Source: a candidate division KSB3 bacterium (GTDB taxonomy: Bacteria; Moduliflexota; Moduliflexia; Moduliflexales; Moduliflexaceae). Taken from it: a stretch of 64,000 nucleotides of DNA. Positions 1 through 11,232 of this stretch are shown piece by piece (positions within the stretch are counted from its first letter, which is position 1; every line of letters begins with the position of its first letter). The stretch lies in contig PDSJ01000025.1 in the NCBI GenBank assembly GCA_002748425.1, positions 22,605 to 86,604 of the forward strand, given 5' to 3'. The notes under the pieces are model-generated. The model searched no databases, was not told where the DNA came from, and saw only the letters and a program-made list of their open reading frames with translations. Position numbers and translations under genes: made by a program.

Positions 1-2
1 TC

Positions 3-380
3 GTAGCGAAAAATCAGGGAAGGCAGCCGCCAGAATCTGGCAGATCCTCACTTTCAGAAGCTGAAAAACTGCGTGCTTCGGCGACAGCCCAATACAAGGC
101 CGGGAATATCAAGGAAGCCATCCGTCTGCTCGAAAAAGCTGAACTTGCAGAGCCGAATAACCGTAAAATCGCCCAAGAACTTGAGATCGCCCGGACTGCC
201 TTAAAAGAACTCATTACGACTCACCTCAATGAAGGCATCAAACTGTTCAACGAGGACTCGCTGGAAGAAGCAATTCAAGAGTGGGACAAAGTGCATGAAC
301 TCGATCCCGGCAACAAGCAGGCTATCAAATATCGCGAAAAAGCCGAAAAGCGTCTCAATGCCTTGAAGAACACTCAGTAA
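3..380 (+). CDS. TPR-repeat protein, C-terminal fragment (5' end outside window)
   Basis: Frame 3 is open from the window edge to TAA at 378-380. The translation (…AQYKAGNIKEAIRLLEKAELAEPNN…NEGIKLFNEDSLEEAIQEWDKVHELDPGNKQAIKYREKAEKRL) has TPR-like helical repeat periodicity. Confidence 0.45.
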   Translation, partial: VAKNQGRQPPESGRSSLSEAEKLRASATAQYKAGNIKEAIRLLEKAELAEPNNRKIAQELEIARTALKELITTHLNEGIKLFNEDSLEEAIQEWDKVHELDPGNKQAIKYREKAEKRLNALKNTQ

Positions 381-433
381 GGCTGATACACGCCAAAGCC
401 CTGCCTGACTGAGCACACTGAGAGCTCTTATCG

Positions 434-676
434 TTACGCGTCCTCAATATTCTTTTTGTGAACAGATGACGCTGGAGGCCTGAAAGAGCTGTTTGGGGCC
501 GCTTCACGCTCTCTGCTCTCCTCATCAAGTGTCTGTCGAACTTCATGGGCTGTTCTTCTGAATTCGGCAAGGCCCCGCCCAAGAGTTCTCGCCAGTTCCG
601 GCAGTTTTTCCGGCCCGACTACCAGTAAGGCGATGACAAAGATCACAAGCAGTTCCGGCATTCCAATTCCAAACAT
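434..676 (-). CDS. tatA: Twin-arginine translocase subunit TatA/E
   Basis: 80 aa. N-terminus [28 protein letters not shown] is the canonical TatA transmembrane helix followed by an amphipathic helix. Confidence 0.85.
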   Translation of the reverse strand: MFGIGMPELLVIFVIALLVVGPEKLPELARTLGRGLAEFRRTAHEVRQTLDEESREREAAPNSSFRPPASSVHKKNIEDA

Positions 677-971
677 GGATTTTCACCTCACTTTTCTGCA
701 CACAATCCTCTCACAATGCTGAACGCCACCCCGTTGCACTGCGAAAATTCTCTCGAGTTTCAGAATGAGTTTCCTGCTGGCAGGCTAGGATGATTCTTTC
801 TTTCGTGTCAATAGTTTGTTCACATTTTTTTTGGGCTTGACAGATCAAGAACTCCGGCCTACTTTTAGGAGTGGAAGTGATTTGTAGAGCCTAATAAAAT
901 CAGACTTATATCCGACTTGCCCTATTCATTAGAAGGATAGCGCTTTTCAGGATCCAGGGAGGAAGTATGCG

Positions 972-1268
972 ATGATTTCAGGAAAAAGTTTTGCGTTTAC
1001 AGGTGAAATGTCAACAATGTCCCGTAAACACGCTCAAGAGGAAGTCCTGAGCAAAGGCGGATCGATCCCAAGCAGTGTGACACGCGATCTGGATTATCTG
1101 GTCGTGGGAAATCTGGACTCTCCACTGATTAAGGTACATGGAAAACGAGGGAAAAAATTTCTCAAAGCTGAAGAGCTGAACGAGCGCGAACAGACCATCC
1201 AAATTATTACCGAGGGACAATTTATTGATATGCTGCAATCAGAGGTGCTGAAAAAAGTAGATGCGTGA
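972..1268 (+). CDS. BRCT domain protein (LigA C-terminal-like)
   Basis: FAFTGEMSTMSRKHAQEEVLSKGGSIPSSVTRDLDYLVVGN…KAEELN matches the BRCT domain pattern of NAD-dependent ligases. Confidence 0.65.
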   Translation: MISGKSFAFTGEMSTMSRKHAQEEVLSKGGSIPSSVTRDLDYLVVGNLDSPLIKVHGKRGKKFLKAEELNEREQTIQIITEGQFIDMLQSEVLKKVDA

Positions 1269-1300
1269 TTTTCCTGAAGAGATTCATTGATGAATACATG

Positions 1301-1337
1301 CCAAAAGCGTTCTTTCCAAGAGGGGGAACGCTTTTGG
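1301..1337. terminator. Putative bidirectional hairpin between convergent genes
   Basis: Perfect 12-bp inverted repeat CCAAAAGCGTTC…GAACGCTTTTGG with a 13-nt loop, between the BRCT gene (+) and the lipase gene (-). The flanking U-tract is weak. Confidence 0.4.
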
Positions 1338-1353
1338 CCTTTGCAGACCACAG

Positions 1354-2277
1354 TCATCCCAGCGGATCAGAGCCGTTGCCCTCCAGAGCATTCCACAAAT
1401 GCAGCGTATAAAAAAGCGGGACATGATCTTGAATTCCCCTGGGAATAAAATAAAATTCACCGGAGGACAGATTATTCAGCGTCTGCCTGATATTTCGCAA
1501 TTCAGCCTGAATGCCGTTACGATACCTGTCCAGTACTTTGGGCGCATGGTGCATCTTGCCGTGACGGTCGAGAAAGTACAGTTCGCCAACATGAAAGTAG
1601 AACCCCGGCAGAGGAAGCTCAGTGACAATATCGTTATTATAGACGATCCGGTACGCCGCAATCTGAAAATGTTCCCGAAATCGTTTATCCCCAACTCGAG
1701 GTGAACCAAAAGTATACAGCCCCTGGACCTTCTTGTAACGTTCGGCCGCAAGTGTGGCTAAAGCCGCTCCCAGACTGTGACCCGTCATCCAGAGTCTTCG
1801 GGAAGGGCAGTGAACCTGCTTGAGACATTCGGAAAGTTCTGGCCAGACTTCGTCGAGCGCCCGCTGAAATCCCTGATGCACTTTCATCCCCCGACCAGTA
1901 TCGACCGGCAGGACATTGAGGTCTGTTTTGACATCCATCCAGATGTTGCGGATGTCCCTTGAACCCGGACGCAGACGACTTTCAGTTCCCCGAAAGGCCA
2001 AGATCGCAAGCTGCGTATTCGCAATGAGAAAACAATCCGTACTATCTCCGCTGAAAGACCACAGCTCTGGAAAACCGGCGCGCGCGAAACGGGGACGCGC
2101 AAAGGCTTCATCAGCATACGACAAGCTTGCAATTTCTGCCAGCCACCAGGCATTCACTACATCGAAGCTTTCTGCATACGGATTGAAAGGATAGCGCTCA
2201 CACTCATAAAAATAATTATAGTCGTAATAAGGCGGCGCGATATTCTGCCAAGAGATCTTGGGTAGGTCTCGTTTCAT
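1354..2277 (-). CDS. Class-3 lipase / alpha-beta hydrolase family protein
   Basis: GHSLGAALATLAA nucleophile elbow (GHSLG) in a lipase_3-like context. Confidence 0.7.
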   Translation of the reverse strand: MKRDLPKISWQNIAPPYYDYNYFYECERYPFNPYAESFDVVNAWWLAEIASLSYADEAFARPRFARAGFPELWSFSGDSTDCFLIANTQLAILAFRGTESRLRPGSRDIRNIWMDVKTDLNVLPVDTGRGMKVHQGFQRALDEVWPELSECLKQVHCPSRRLWMTGHSLGAALATLAAERYKKVQGLYTFGSPRVGDKRFREHFQIAAYRIVYNNDIVTELPLPGFYFHVGELYFLDRHGKMHHAPKVLDRYRNGIQAELRNIRQTLNNLSSGEFYFIPRGIQDHVPLFYTLHLWNALEGNGSDPLG

Positions 2278-2305
2278 AATCTGGCATCATGAGAAATATG
2301 TCTTG

Positions 2306-3205
2306 TCATTCCGGCTCCGCACGTCCGCTAAGTGTGGCATCCGGATTTCCAGATTCCATCGAGCTCAGTTCGCCGATAAAACTTCCCACCAGCACTTTGC
2401 TCTTTACTTTCACGGGAATTCGTCGTTTATCGGCAGTGATCCAGACAAAGAGCTTCGCGTCATCACTTTCTTTAAAGACGCCTCCGATGCCCTGGGTGGA
2501 CGGCTGCAATTTATAGGTTTCGTAGCGTGTGCCGTCAATAGTCAGTGTTTCTTTTTTCATGACCTTCACGACTCCGGTCACTGTTTTTCTGCCGTCGGTA
2601 ACAGGTCGTTCTATGTTCATGCCTTCCTGGAAATCCGCAAGCCTGGTAAAATACAACGCAGACAACGGATCGAAGGTTCCAGGAGGGATGTCGATCCAGG
2701 GATATTCCCTTCCTTTATCAACTCGTGTCTGCCTCGTCTTCGCGGCATTCCAGTCAAACTCGACTAAAACATTGCGTTTGTATCGACCTTCCCGTTGTTT
2801 CTTTTTATAGCGCAGGGAACGGCTCATGTCTAAGCTTGTAAATCCCTCGATTTTATCACGCACTTTATAAAAAACATCCACAAAGGAATTTGTCCTGGCC
2901 GTCATGACAAAATGATACGCAAGTTCACCGTTCACGCGGCTGGCCGGCTTCACTTCAAGGCTTGCTTTTCCTGCAGGAATACTGCCCCATTTCAGAATAA
3001 AATTCAATTTTTCACCCGGAGAAAAGGGCAGAACCACGTCCTTATAAGAACTCTGCTCTTGAATATCTTCACGAACAACTCCGTTTAAGGCGCTCCGGCT
3101 CTCTGTGCTACACGTTACTATTCCGATCGCAACTGCTGCGAAAAACACAATCACTTTCTTCCATATCTGCTGCGTCGCTGCCATATCATATTTTACCACC
3201 ATCAC
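2306..3205 (-). CDS. DUF3108-like secreted protein
   Basis: N-terminal hydrophobic segment. The motif 'GEKLNFILKWGSIPAGKASLEV' and overall pattern resemble DUF3108. Confidence 0.4.
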   Translation of the reverse strand: MMVVKYDMAATQQIWKKVIVFFAAVAIGIVTCSTESRSALNGVVREDIQEQSSYKDVVLPFSPGEKLNFILKWGSIPAGKASLEVKPASRVNGELAYHFVMTARTNSFVDVFYKVRDKIEGFTSLDMSRSLRYKKKQREGRYKRNVLVEFDWNAAKTRQTRVDKGREYPWIDIPPGTFDPLSALYFTRLADFQEGMNIERPVTDGRKTVTGVVKVMKKETLTIDGTRYETYKLQPSTQGIGGVFKESDDAKLFVWITADKRRIPVKVKSKVLVGSFIGELSSMESGNPDATLSGRAEPE

Positions 3206-3490
3206 GAACCTTCTCTTTTCTGTACTCAGTTCTTGCCCTGTGCTGCAGGGAGTCCTCAGGAAGCGTTGTCTCCTGCAATCTCACAAAAAAATGCTTTGCT
3301 GCTCATGAAAAGTTTACAAAGAATACGAAAAAAGATCAAGTATTTTCTGGAAGGATTTCTTCTCACAGGAATTTTCTTGCAAAAGTCGAAGACCTCGGAA
3401 TAATCGGTTCCAGGACAGGCTATCCTGGATCCCTGGACACTCCAGGAGGAAAAGCTCAACATCGACACACTGAATCCAGAAGGCAGATAC

Positions 3491-4591
3491 ATGTATCAAC
3501 GAATCGTCATAAAATTAGGCACAAGCGTTCTCACCGGTGGGAGTCCGCATTTCGATCGTGCGCACATGGTTGAACTGGTTCGGCAGTGTGCCGCGTTACA
3601 GCGTCAGGGAAAAGATGTGATCATCTGCAGCTCCGGAGCCATGGCTGCCGGACGGGAACGTCTGAATTTTCCACAGCTTCCTAACACTATCAGTAACAGA
3701 CAGATGCTGGCGGCAGTTGGACAAAGCCACCTCATGCTGCTCTGGGAGAATCTCTTTGACATTTACAATATCCATGTCGGACAACTGTTGCTGACACGAG
3801 CGGATGTGGAAGATCGCCGGCGCTATTTAAATGCCCGCGATGCCTTGCGGGCCTTGTCGGAACATCGAATCATTCCGATTATCAACGAAAACGACGCAGT
3901 CGCCACGACAGAGATTAAGGTTGGAGATAACGACAATCTCTCAGCTCTGGTCGCCTTGCTCGCCGAAGCGGATTTACTGCTCTTGCTAACGGATCAGGAG
4001 GGGTTGTTTACAGCCGACCCGCGCACAGAACCGAACGCCCGCCTGCTTTCGACGGTTGAGAGCATTGATGAAAAGCTCTATCAACTTGCCGGGAAGAGCG
4101 TGAGCGGCTTGGGAGTCGGAGGAATGATCACCAAAATCCAGGCTGCCGATACGGCCCGGAGGGGCGGTGTGGAGGTGGTGATTGCCAGGGGCTGGACACG
4201 AAACGTGATCCGCAAAGTCGTTGCGGGGGACAAAATCGGGACGCGGTTTCTTGCACAGGATACGCCGCTGGACAATCGAAAACGCTGGATTTTTGCCGGA
4301 CCGAATCCGGCCGGCCGGATTCGCGTCGATGATGGAGCGTCTCACGCACTGTGCCGTAAACACAGCAGCCTGCTGCCTTCTGGGATCACAGCAATTGAAG
4401 GCCGTTTCACCCGAGGTGATACCGTATCGCTGCTCGACGCCCGCGGCAGCGAGATCGCGCGTGGCATTTCACGCTACAACAGCCAGGACCTCTACAGGAT
4501 CAAAGGCTGTCAGTCAGAACAAATCGCTGAACGGCTCGGTTACATGAGCAGTGCGACGGTCGTTCACCGTAACGATTTAATTTTAGTCTAG
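3491..4591 (+). CDS. proB: Glutamate 5-kinase (with PUA domain)
   Basis: [10 protein letters not shown]…[11 protein letters not shown]… is the amino-acid kinase fold. The C-terminal PUA region is present and proA lies immediately downstream. Confidence 0.9.
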   Translation: MYQRIVIKLGTSVLTGGSPHFDRAHMVELVRQCAALQRQGKDVIICSSGAMAAGRERLNFPQLPNTISNRQMLAAVGQSHLMLLWENLFDIYNIHVGQLLLTRADVEDRRRYLNARDALRALSEHRIIPIINENDAVATTEIKVGDNDNLSALVALLAEADLLLLLTDQEGLFTADPRTEPNARLLSTVESIDEKLYQLAGKSVSGLGVGGMITKIQAADTARRGGVEVVIARGWTRNVIRKVVAGDKIGTRFLAQDTPLDNRKRWIFAGPNPAGRIRVDDGASHALCRKHSSLLPSGITAIEGRFTRGDTVSLLDARGSEIARGISRYNSQDLYRIKGCQSEQIAERLGYMSSATVVHRNDLILV

Positions 4592-4601
4592 AGAGGGAAA
4601 G

Positions 4602-5867
4602 ATGAGAGACTTAGTACAGATGGGACAGGCGGCCAAAGCTGCCGGACGAAAATTAGCCGCTCTGACGAGCGAACGCAAGAATGCCGCCCTGCTGGCGATA
4701 TCCGACGAATTAACTGCGCAGTCTGCCAGAATTTTAGAAGAAAACGCCAAAGACCTTGAGCAAGGTCGGGCCAGGGGGCTGAGCGAGGCCCTGCTCGACC
4801 GCTTGCTCTTAACAGAAGAGCGACTGGCCTCATTGGCAGCAGATATCCGAAGCGTGGCGGCGCTCCCCGATCCGGTCGGCACGGAACTTGAAAACCGAGT
4901 TCTGCCGAACGGTATTCGCCTGAGCAAACGCCGGATTCCGATTGGTGTTATCGGTGTGATTTACGAAGCCCGGCCCAATGTCACGATCGATATTGCGAGT
5001 CTGTGCGTGAAGACAGGCAACGCCATTATTTTACGGGGCGGCAGCGAAACTCTGCAGAGCAACATTGCCCTTGTAAACGTCATTCAAGCTGCCCTGGAAC
5101 AGCAGAACCTCCCGAAGACAGCGGTACAATACATCGACAATCCTGACCGCGCACTGGTCACTGAACTGCTGCGGCTTGATACAGCTATCGATATGATCGT
5201 GCCGCGCGGCGGAGCCGGACTGCACGCGCTCTGCAAGAAGCAGAGCACGATTCCGGTGATTAGCGGTGGAATGGGCATTTGTCATATTTACGTCGATCAG
5301 AGCGCTGATCTCACACGAGCTGTAGACATCGTCGAGAACGCTAAAGTCCAGCGTCCCAGCGTCTGCAATGCCCTTGATACGCTGCTCGTGAATCACGCCG
5401 CAGCACAGGAATTTTTGCCGAAAGTGGCTGAGCGTCTGGCCCGCAGCAAGGTCGAGCTGCGAGCCGACCAGCGAGCCTTTGAAATCCTTCAGCAAAGCGG
5501 CTATGGAACTATGACGGTGCATGCCGGACCAAAAGATTTCGAGCAGGAATGGTTGTCACTCATCCTGGGGATTAAGATCGTCGATTCCCTGGAAGAAGCC
5601 ATCGATCACATCCAGGACCACAGCATGGAGCACAGCGACTGTATTCTGACAAATGACATCGCCCATGCCACTCGATTTGTCAATGAAGTCACGTCCTCTG
5701 CAGTCTTTGTAAACGCCAGCACCCGTTTTAACGACGGCGGTCAGTTCGGTCTTGGGGCCGAAGTCGCTATCAGTACACAAAAACTCCATGCCCGAGGGCC
5801 GATGGGACTAGAGGCACTGACGACGTATAAATGGATCGGCATTGGTCATGGTCATATTCGCCTGTGA
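4602..5867 (+). CDS. proA: Gamma-glutamyl phosphate reductase
   Basis: Aldehyde dehydrogenase-family protein of ProA length with ProA motifs, lying 11 nt after proB. Confidence 0.9.
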   Translation: MRDLVQMGQAAKAAGRKLAALTSERKNAALLAISDELTAQSARILEENAKDLEQGRARGLSEALLDRLLLTEERLASLAADIRSVAALPDPVGTELENRVLPNGIRLSKRRIPIGVIGVIYEARPNVTIDIASLCVKTGNAIILRGGSETLQSNIALVNVIQAALEQQNLPKTAVQYIDNPDRALVTELLRLDTAIDMIVPRGGAGLHALCKKQSTIPVISGGMGICHIYVDQSADLTRAVDIVENAKVQRPSVCNALDTLLVNHAAAQEFLPKVAERLARSKVELRADQRAFEILQQSGYGTMTVHAGPKDFEQEWLSLILGIKIVDSLEEAIDHIQDHSMEHSDCILTNDIAHATRFVNEVTSSAVFVNASTRFNDGGQFGLGAEVAISTQKLHARGPMGLEALTTYKWIGIGHGHIRL

Positions 5868-6041
5868 ACGTCCTTGTCATTGAAGACCTGCTTGAAGAGC
5901 GGCAGCTTCAGAGTGTTCCGTAACAGACAACATGAAACAATCAATGAGTTTCCACGGAAATGCTCTCAGGGCTTGAGGCATGCTGCTTATCGTATCATCG
6001 TCACGAACAAGGGCATCGGAAGACCGTGTGCGGGGGAACGC

Positions 6042-7037
6042 ATGAGAACAATCCCTTTACTAATTATCGCCGGACCGACGGCTATCGGAAAGACGCGTGT
6101 GGCGATTGAAGTCGCAGAATCGCTGAACGGAGAAATTGTTGGGGCCGATTCGATGCAGATTTACCGGTATATGGACATCGGAACAGCCAAGCCAAGTCCT
6201 GCCGAACGCAGCCGTATTCCCCATCATCTGCTGGATGTTCGCGATCCTGATCAGGAATTTTCCGTAGCGGAGTATGTTACTGAAGCAACAGCCGCGATCC
6301 GATCTATCTACGCACGAGGAAGATTACCTGTCCTGGTCGGAGGAAGCGGTCTGTATATTGAAAAATTGCTGTACGGAATTTTCAAAGGACCGGGCCGGGA
6401 TGAAAATTTCCGGCAGGAAATGCAGGCCCTGGCCGCACGATCCGGACCGCAGGCAATTTATGAAAGGCTTCAGCACTGTGATCCTGATACGGCAAAACGT
6501 GTGCATCCGAACGATTTAGTCAGAACGATCAGAGCGTTGGAAGTCTTTCAGCTCAGCGGTCTGCCGATCTCAGTTCATCAGAGAGAAGCCACCACGCCGA
6601 TTTCCAGGTATGAGGCAATGTTTTGTGTTCTATACGCTGAACGTGAAGCCGTATATCACCGCATCAATACCCGCGTCGAGCTGATGGCTGCAGGAGGTCT
6701 TGTGGACGAGGTCCGCAGTTTATACGCACGAGGCTACGATCGCAAATTACGTTCGATGCAATCGCTGGGTTACAAGGAAATCGGGAATTTCCTGGCCGGA
6801 GAATGCGATCTGCCGTCTGCGCTTGAGCTGATGAAGCGCAACACCAGACGTTATGCCAAACGTCAATTGCTGTGGTTTCGTAAGTATGAGCATGCGCGAT
6901 GGATTGAACGAAGACCAATGGAAGATGTGGAAAAGGACCGTTCTTCTCCCTCACGATCAATTCTCACGGCATGGGCATCCTATAAAAGCGGATCGTCAGC
7001 ATGCGTTGACTCGGAGTCCTCTGGGCGCTCTTCCTGA
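6042..7037 (+). CDS. miaA: tRNA dimethylallyltransferase
   Basis: IIAGPTAIGKTRVAIEVAESLNGEIVGADSMQIYRYMDIGTAKPS is the P-loop plus MiaA signature. The ORF is open from 5874, but the in-frame ATG at 6042 gives a normal-length MiaA. Confidence 0.85.
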   Translation: MRTIPLLIIAGPTAIGKTRVAIEVAESLNGEIVGADSMQIYRYMDIGTAKPSPAERSRIPHHLLDVRDPDQEFSVAEYVTEATAAIRSIYARGRLPVLVGGSGLYIEKLLYGIFKGPGRDENFRQEMQALAARSGPQAIYERLQHCDPDTAKRVHPNDLVRTIRALEVFQLSGLPISVHQREATTPISRYEAMFCVLYAEREAVYHRINTRVELMAAGGLVDEVRSLYARGYDRKLRSMQSLGYKEIGNFLAGECDLPSALELMKRNTRRYAKRQLLWFRKYEHARWIERRPMEDVEKDRSSPSRSILTAWASYKSGSSACVDSESSGRSS

Positions 7038-7312
7038 TCCTCGTCTTCCGACGGGACCTGTACGCCGATCGATCGCAAAAATTTTTTGTCCGTTTCGCTG
7101 AATCTGAAGCCGGTCATCAAGGGCGACGGAGTCTCAGCGCGTTCGTTGCGGCGTTGAATCATGATCCCCGAGAACACAGTCAGAAGGATATCGTAGCCTT
7201 TCTCCCTCGCAGTCTCAAAAATTTCATTCAACTTCTCAGAACCCTGCAATAACTCCTGGAGAATGCCAGCGATCGCCATCGCAAATTGTTGCTTCTGTTC
7301 CTCATCTCTCAT
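6980..7312 (-). CDS. Hypothetical acidic protein
   Basis: 110-aa ORF with an Asp/Glu-rich tail. It is convergent with miaA and overlaps its 3' end by 58 nt. No recognisable family. Confidence 0.3.
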   Translation of the reverse strand: MRDEEQKQQFAMAIAGILQELLQGSEKLNEIFETAREKGYDILLTVFSGIMIQRRNERAETPSPLMTGFRFSETDKKFLRSIGVQVPSEDEDQEERPEDSESTHADDPLL

Positions 7313-7381
7313 ACGTGTGTTTCCTTCTTTTCAAACAGCCCCCTGATGGGCTGCAACATGCTTTTCTCAAGCTGTCTTTTG

Positions 7382-8749
7382 TTATTCATCCTGATACAGA
7401 CGGATTTTTTTATGCAGATAGGTGCGTTCGATACCGAGCGTCTGCGCTGTTTTGGTGATATTCCCCTGATGCGCCTTCAGGCAGGCCAGGATATAGCGCT
7501 TTTCAAAAGCGCTTCTGGCTTCCTTCAGAGGACTCCAGGGGGGAGCGAAGGATAGGCCCTGAGGCTGAGGCCGCCGACGTCCTCCATCGAGAATACTCCC
7601 AGGGATATGCTCGGGCCGAATAGTACTTCCAGCGACCATGATCACTAAGCGCTCGATCACATTTTTCAATTCCCGAATATTGCCGGGCCAGACATAATTC
7701 ATCAATATCTCGACAGCGTCAGGTGTAATACTTTTGAGTCGTCGTCCATTTTCCAAAGAAAAATCTTCGAGGAAATGTGCGATCAGCAGTGGAATATCCT
7801 CACGGCGTTCGCGCAGAGGTGGGACGTAAAAAGGGATCACATTTAAACGGTAATAGAGGTCTTCCCGAAAATTGCCCTTATCAATCTCCTCGTCCAGATT
7901 TTTATTCGAGGCCGCAAAGACACGAAAATCCGCTTCCAGGACTTCAGAACTGCCGACCCGCTCGAATTGCTGCTCCTGGAGCACCCGCAGGACTTTGGCC
8001 TGAGTTGTCAGACTCATATCCCCGATTTCATCAAGAAATAATGTGCCTTCATGCGCCAGCTCGAATTTTCCCACTTTTTTTGCCGTTGCCCCAGTAAACG
8101 CGCCTTTTTCATGGCCGAAGAGCTCACTTTCAATCAATTCCTGAGGAATCGCCGCACAATTGATCTCGACAAAAGGATTTTTGGCCCGCAGGCTTTGACG
8201 ATGCAATGCGCGCGCAATGAGTTCTTTGCCGGTCCCATTTTCGCCGTAAATCAGTACGCGGCCGTTTGTTGGAGCCGCAGTGTCGATCCGCTCGCGGATT
8301 TTCTGCATCGCCCGGCTTTGACCAATCATCTCATACTTGCGCTCAAAACGTTGACGCAGAACCAGATTTTCCTGGAGCAGACGCCGTTGATCTAAGGCCC
8401 GCTCGACCATGATAAGGGTTTTTTCGAGCGACAAGGGTTTCTCTAAAAAATCATAGGCACCGAGCTTTGCAGCTTTGACAGCACTTTCAATATTCCCGTG
8501 CCCTGAGATGACGATTACTGGCATGTCAGGATGGGTGTTTTTGACCTTTTCCAGGACCTGAAGCCCGTCCATGCCTGGCATCCACAGGTCCAGCAGCATC
8601 AAATCCGGAAGCTGTCGCTCGATCTCCTGTAAAGCGCTTTGTCCGTCCTGTGCGGCTCTGACTTTATACCCCTCGTCTTCAAAAATCCCGGTCAGCGACG
8701 AGCAGATACGTTTCTCGTTGTCAACAATAAGCAATTCTGCTGTTTTCAT
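7382..8749 (-). CDS. Sigma-54-dependent response regulator (NtrC/NtrX family)
   Basis: Receiver domain (LIVDNE…[14 protein letters not shown]), AAA+ sigma-54 activator core ([15 protein letters not shown]…[21 protein letters not shown]) and a C-terminal Fis-type HTH. Confidence 0.9.
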   Translation of the reverse strand: MKTAELLIVDNEKRICSSLTGIFEDEGYKVRAAQDGQSALQEIERQLPDLMLLDLWMPGMDGLQVLEKVKNTHPDMPVIVISGHGNIESAVKAAKLGAYDFLEKPLSLEKTLIMVERALDQRRLLQENLVLRQRFERKYEMIGQSRAMQKIRERIDTAAPTNGRVLIYGENGTGKELIARALHRQSLRAKNPFVEINCAAIPQELIESELFGHEKGAFTGATAKKVGKFELAHEGTLFLDEIGDMSLTTQAKVLRVLQEQQFERVGSSEVLEADFRVFAASNKNLDEEIDKGNFREDLYYRLNVIPFYVPPLRERREDIPLLIAHFLEDFSLENGRRLKSITPDAVEILMNYVWPGNIRELKNVIERLVIMVAGSTIRPEHIPGSILDGGRRRPQPQGLSFAPPWSPLKEARSAFEKRYILACLKAHQGNITKTAQTLGIERTYLHKKIRLYQDE

Positions 8750-10932
8750 GATACGTTTGTTGTCTTTCGAAAAGGCAGAGTCGGGAGTTCGATACGAAAA
8801 ACCGTCCCGTGAGGATGCCTGTCTTCCAGGCGAATCCGACCATCATGCTCACCGATGATTTTATGGACAATCGCCAGGCCCAAACCGCGGCCGCTGCCTT
8901 TTGTCGAAAAATACGGAATAAATAAACGTTCTTTAAGCGCTTCGGGAATGCCGGGGCCGGAATCAGCAATTGTAATGATCACGACTTTCCGACGGGCATC
9001 ATAACAAGTCTGGAAGATGATTTCACCGTGCTCCCCCATCGCTTGAATCGCATTATCGATCACATTCACAAAGACCTGCTTCAACTGACGCGGGTCGGCC
9101 GGGATACGAGAGATGTCCTGTGACAACCGGGTGCGGAATACGATATGTGTATAATACACTGCGTACGAAGACACGGTTTTTTTCAGCAGCTTGTGCAGAT
9201 CGACCAGTGTTTTGTTCACTGCTGGCATTCTTGCAAAGCGAGAGAATTCATCAACAAGGTGTCGCAAGCCGTCAACTTCGTCAATAATCGTTTTCGTACA
9301 TTCTTCAAAAATTTCGTCATATCTGGGAGATTTTTTCTCAGCTTGCCGTCGCAGGCGTTGGGCTGAAAGCTGTAAGGGCGTCAGCGGATTCTTGATTTCA
9401 TGAGCCAGGCGGCGGGCCACTTCCCGCCAGGCAGCTATACGTTGAGCATTCAGTAATTGTGTCAGATCGTCAAATACGATTAACGTCCCGATCCGTCTGT
9501 CCTGCTCGTCAGACATTGTCGTCACGCTCACCAGCAGCGACAGAGTCTTGCCGTCGATGTCCACTTCTATCTGCTCCTCATAATTTTCCCCCTGCCGCTC
9601 GTTCGTTGAACGCAGTATCGAGATGACGCGCTTCATGCCGGGCTTCTCAAAAAACACACGGTAATGCTCATGCAGGACAGTCTCTTGCGGGATATGCAGA
9701 ATGCGCGAAGCAGCCCGGTTAAAGGTCGTAATTTCTCCGTCAGGGCTTAAGGACACGACACCGGTGATGATATTTTCCAAGACCATTTCGATATAGCGTC
9801 TGCGCTCTGTCAGGGTCTCGGTCATTGTTTTCAAGGTGCTGGTCATCTGGTTAAACGAGTCAACCAGAATACCGACTTCATCATTCGCTTCGACTTCAAC
9901 CTTGTATTCAAGGTCGCCTTTTGCGATCGACTCTGTGCCAAGCGCGAGCTGTTGGATCGGAATCGTCATCCCTTTTGCCAGATGCATACCAAACCAGATC
10001 GCCGAAAAAAAGACGAGGAGCGTAATCAGAAGAAAGGTCAGGAGATATGTTCCCAGAATCGGCATCTTATGGATTTTAATCTGTTTATACTGTTCGAAGC
10101 TTCTGCGAATGCTTTTCATCTTCGATGCCAGATTTCCATCGACAAAATAATCGACCAGCAACACGCCGATGGTCCGCTCGGAATCTGGATTCGAATGAAT
10201 CGGAACGATTGATTTGATTAAATCTCCTTCGGCAAGAGAATCCTGAAGAGAGCGTGCTTTTCCAGTTTGGCCGACGTCAAGAATCCCACTGAGCGCAATA
10301 TGAAAATCCCCGATCGGGACATTCGGATTGATGGCGTAGGCCAGACGATCGCCACCGAGCGTATAGATCTCGATCGCTCCCAAATTAAACTCCTGCTGCT
10401 TTTCGCTGAGAAAATGCTGCAAACTGTCCTCTTCCTGTAACAAGCGCCTGTCAGTCAGTACTTCGCTGATCTGCTCGGCAAAGTACAGGGAGTTGTTGAT
10501 TGAGTTGCGGTAAAACGTCTGAGCGACTTCCAAAGCTTCGCGCAGAGAATGCTCGATCTGTTCATTAAACCATCCCTCAATGCTTTGGGTCAGGAGATTG
10601 CCGGCAATGACGAAAAGCAGGACAGAAGGGATCAGGGTCAAGACAATGAACGATGCGATCAATTTTGTCTGGAATTTCGATCCGAGGATGTTATTTTTCC
10701 GTTCGAGATACAGCTTCGCCAGATTCCTCACGACCACCACGATCAGGACGATAAGCAGAATGATATTGAGGTTGGCCAGACTGAATACCAGAAGATTGTT
10801 GATCACCGGCACCGGTTTGTTCAACTGTTGGATCAGCAGCTCGATCGCGGTCAAAGACGCGAGGAACACCAGAATAAGTCCGCCGATTCGGCGTGTGCGG
10901 CGTATTTTATATTCAGAGCTGTGGATCGTCAT
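8746..10932 (-). CDS. Sensor histidine kinase, NtrY-like (TM-HAMP-PAS-HisKA-HATPase)
   Basis: N-terminal multi-TM region, HAMP, PAS, the H-box LAHEIKNPLTPLQL and a C-terminal ATPase domain. There is a 4-nt ATGA overlap with the downstream regulator. Confidence 0.85.
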   Translation of the reverse strand: MTIHSSEYKIRRTRRIGGLILVFLASLTAIELLIQQLNKPVPVINNLLVFSLANLNIILLIVLIVVVVRNLAKLYLERKNNILGSKFQTKLIASFIVLTLIPSVLLFVIAGNLLTQSIEGWFNEQIEHSLREALEVAQTFYRNSINNSLYFAEQISEVLTDRRLLQEEDSLQHFLSEKQQEFNLGAIEIYTLGGDRLAYAINPNVPIGDFHIALSGILDVGQTGKARSLQDSLAEGDLIKSIVPIHSNPDSERTIGVLLVDYFVDGNLASKMKSIRRSFEQYKQIKIHKMPILGTYLLTFLLITLLVFFSAIWFGMHLAKGMTIPIQQLALGTESIAKGDLEYKVEVEANDEVGILVDSFNQMTSTLKTMTETLTERRRYIEMVLENIITGVVSLSPDGEITTFNRAASRILHIPQETVLHEHYRVFFEKPGMKRVISILRSTNERQGENYEEQIEVDIDGKTLSLLVSVTTMSDEQDRRIGTLIVFDDLTQLLNAQRIAAWREVARRLAHEIKNPLTPLQLSAQRLRRQAEKKSPRYDEIFEECTKTIIDEVDGLRHLVDEFSRFARMPAVNKTLVDLHKLLKKTVSSYAVYYTHIVFRTRLSQDISRIPADPRQLKQVFVNVIDNAIQAMGEHGEIIFQTCYDARRKVVIITIADSGPGIPEALKERLFIPYFSTKGSGRGLGLAIVHKIIGEHDGRIRLEDRHPHGTVFRIELPTLPFRKTTNVS

Positions 10933-11232
10933 GCAATGTACTCACAAATTTCAGGGACGCTCTCCGCAGAAAAATTCAAAATTTGTCCTGCGCAGAGGAC
11001 TGTCAAGAAATAAGTCTTCAACGAAAAGACGCTCCTGTTCACAGAGAGCAGAATCTGTGACAACGAGGGACAGGAAAAGGAATTCTTCAGGCAATGTGTA
11101 AAATTATATTGACAGCAATGCAGTGATTTGCGATCCTACATAAGGTGAAATGTACACATTGCCCTATTCAGCAGCTTTTCTCTCATGCATGGATGAGAAG
11201 CCTCGCTGAGCTGGGCGAGAAGACGCTCGTGT

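Noticed and set aside
5874-6041. Long N-terminal extension of miaA from the first ATG at 5874
   Set aside because: The extension (MSLKTCLKSGSFRVFRNRQHET…) has no similarity to MiaA. The P-loop begins right after the in-frame ATG at 6042.
9836-11101. Several 70-173-aa plus-strand ORFs (9836-10150, 9952-10212, 10549-11013, 10580-11101)
   Set aside because: They lie wholly antisense within the well-supported histidine kinase CDS and have low-complexity, Arg-rich translations.
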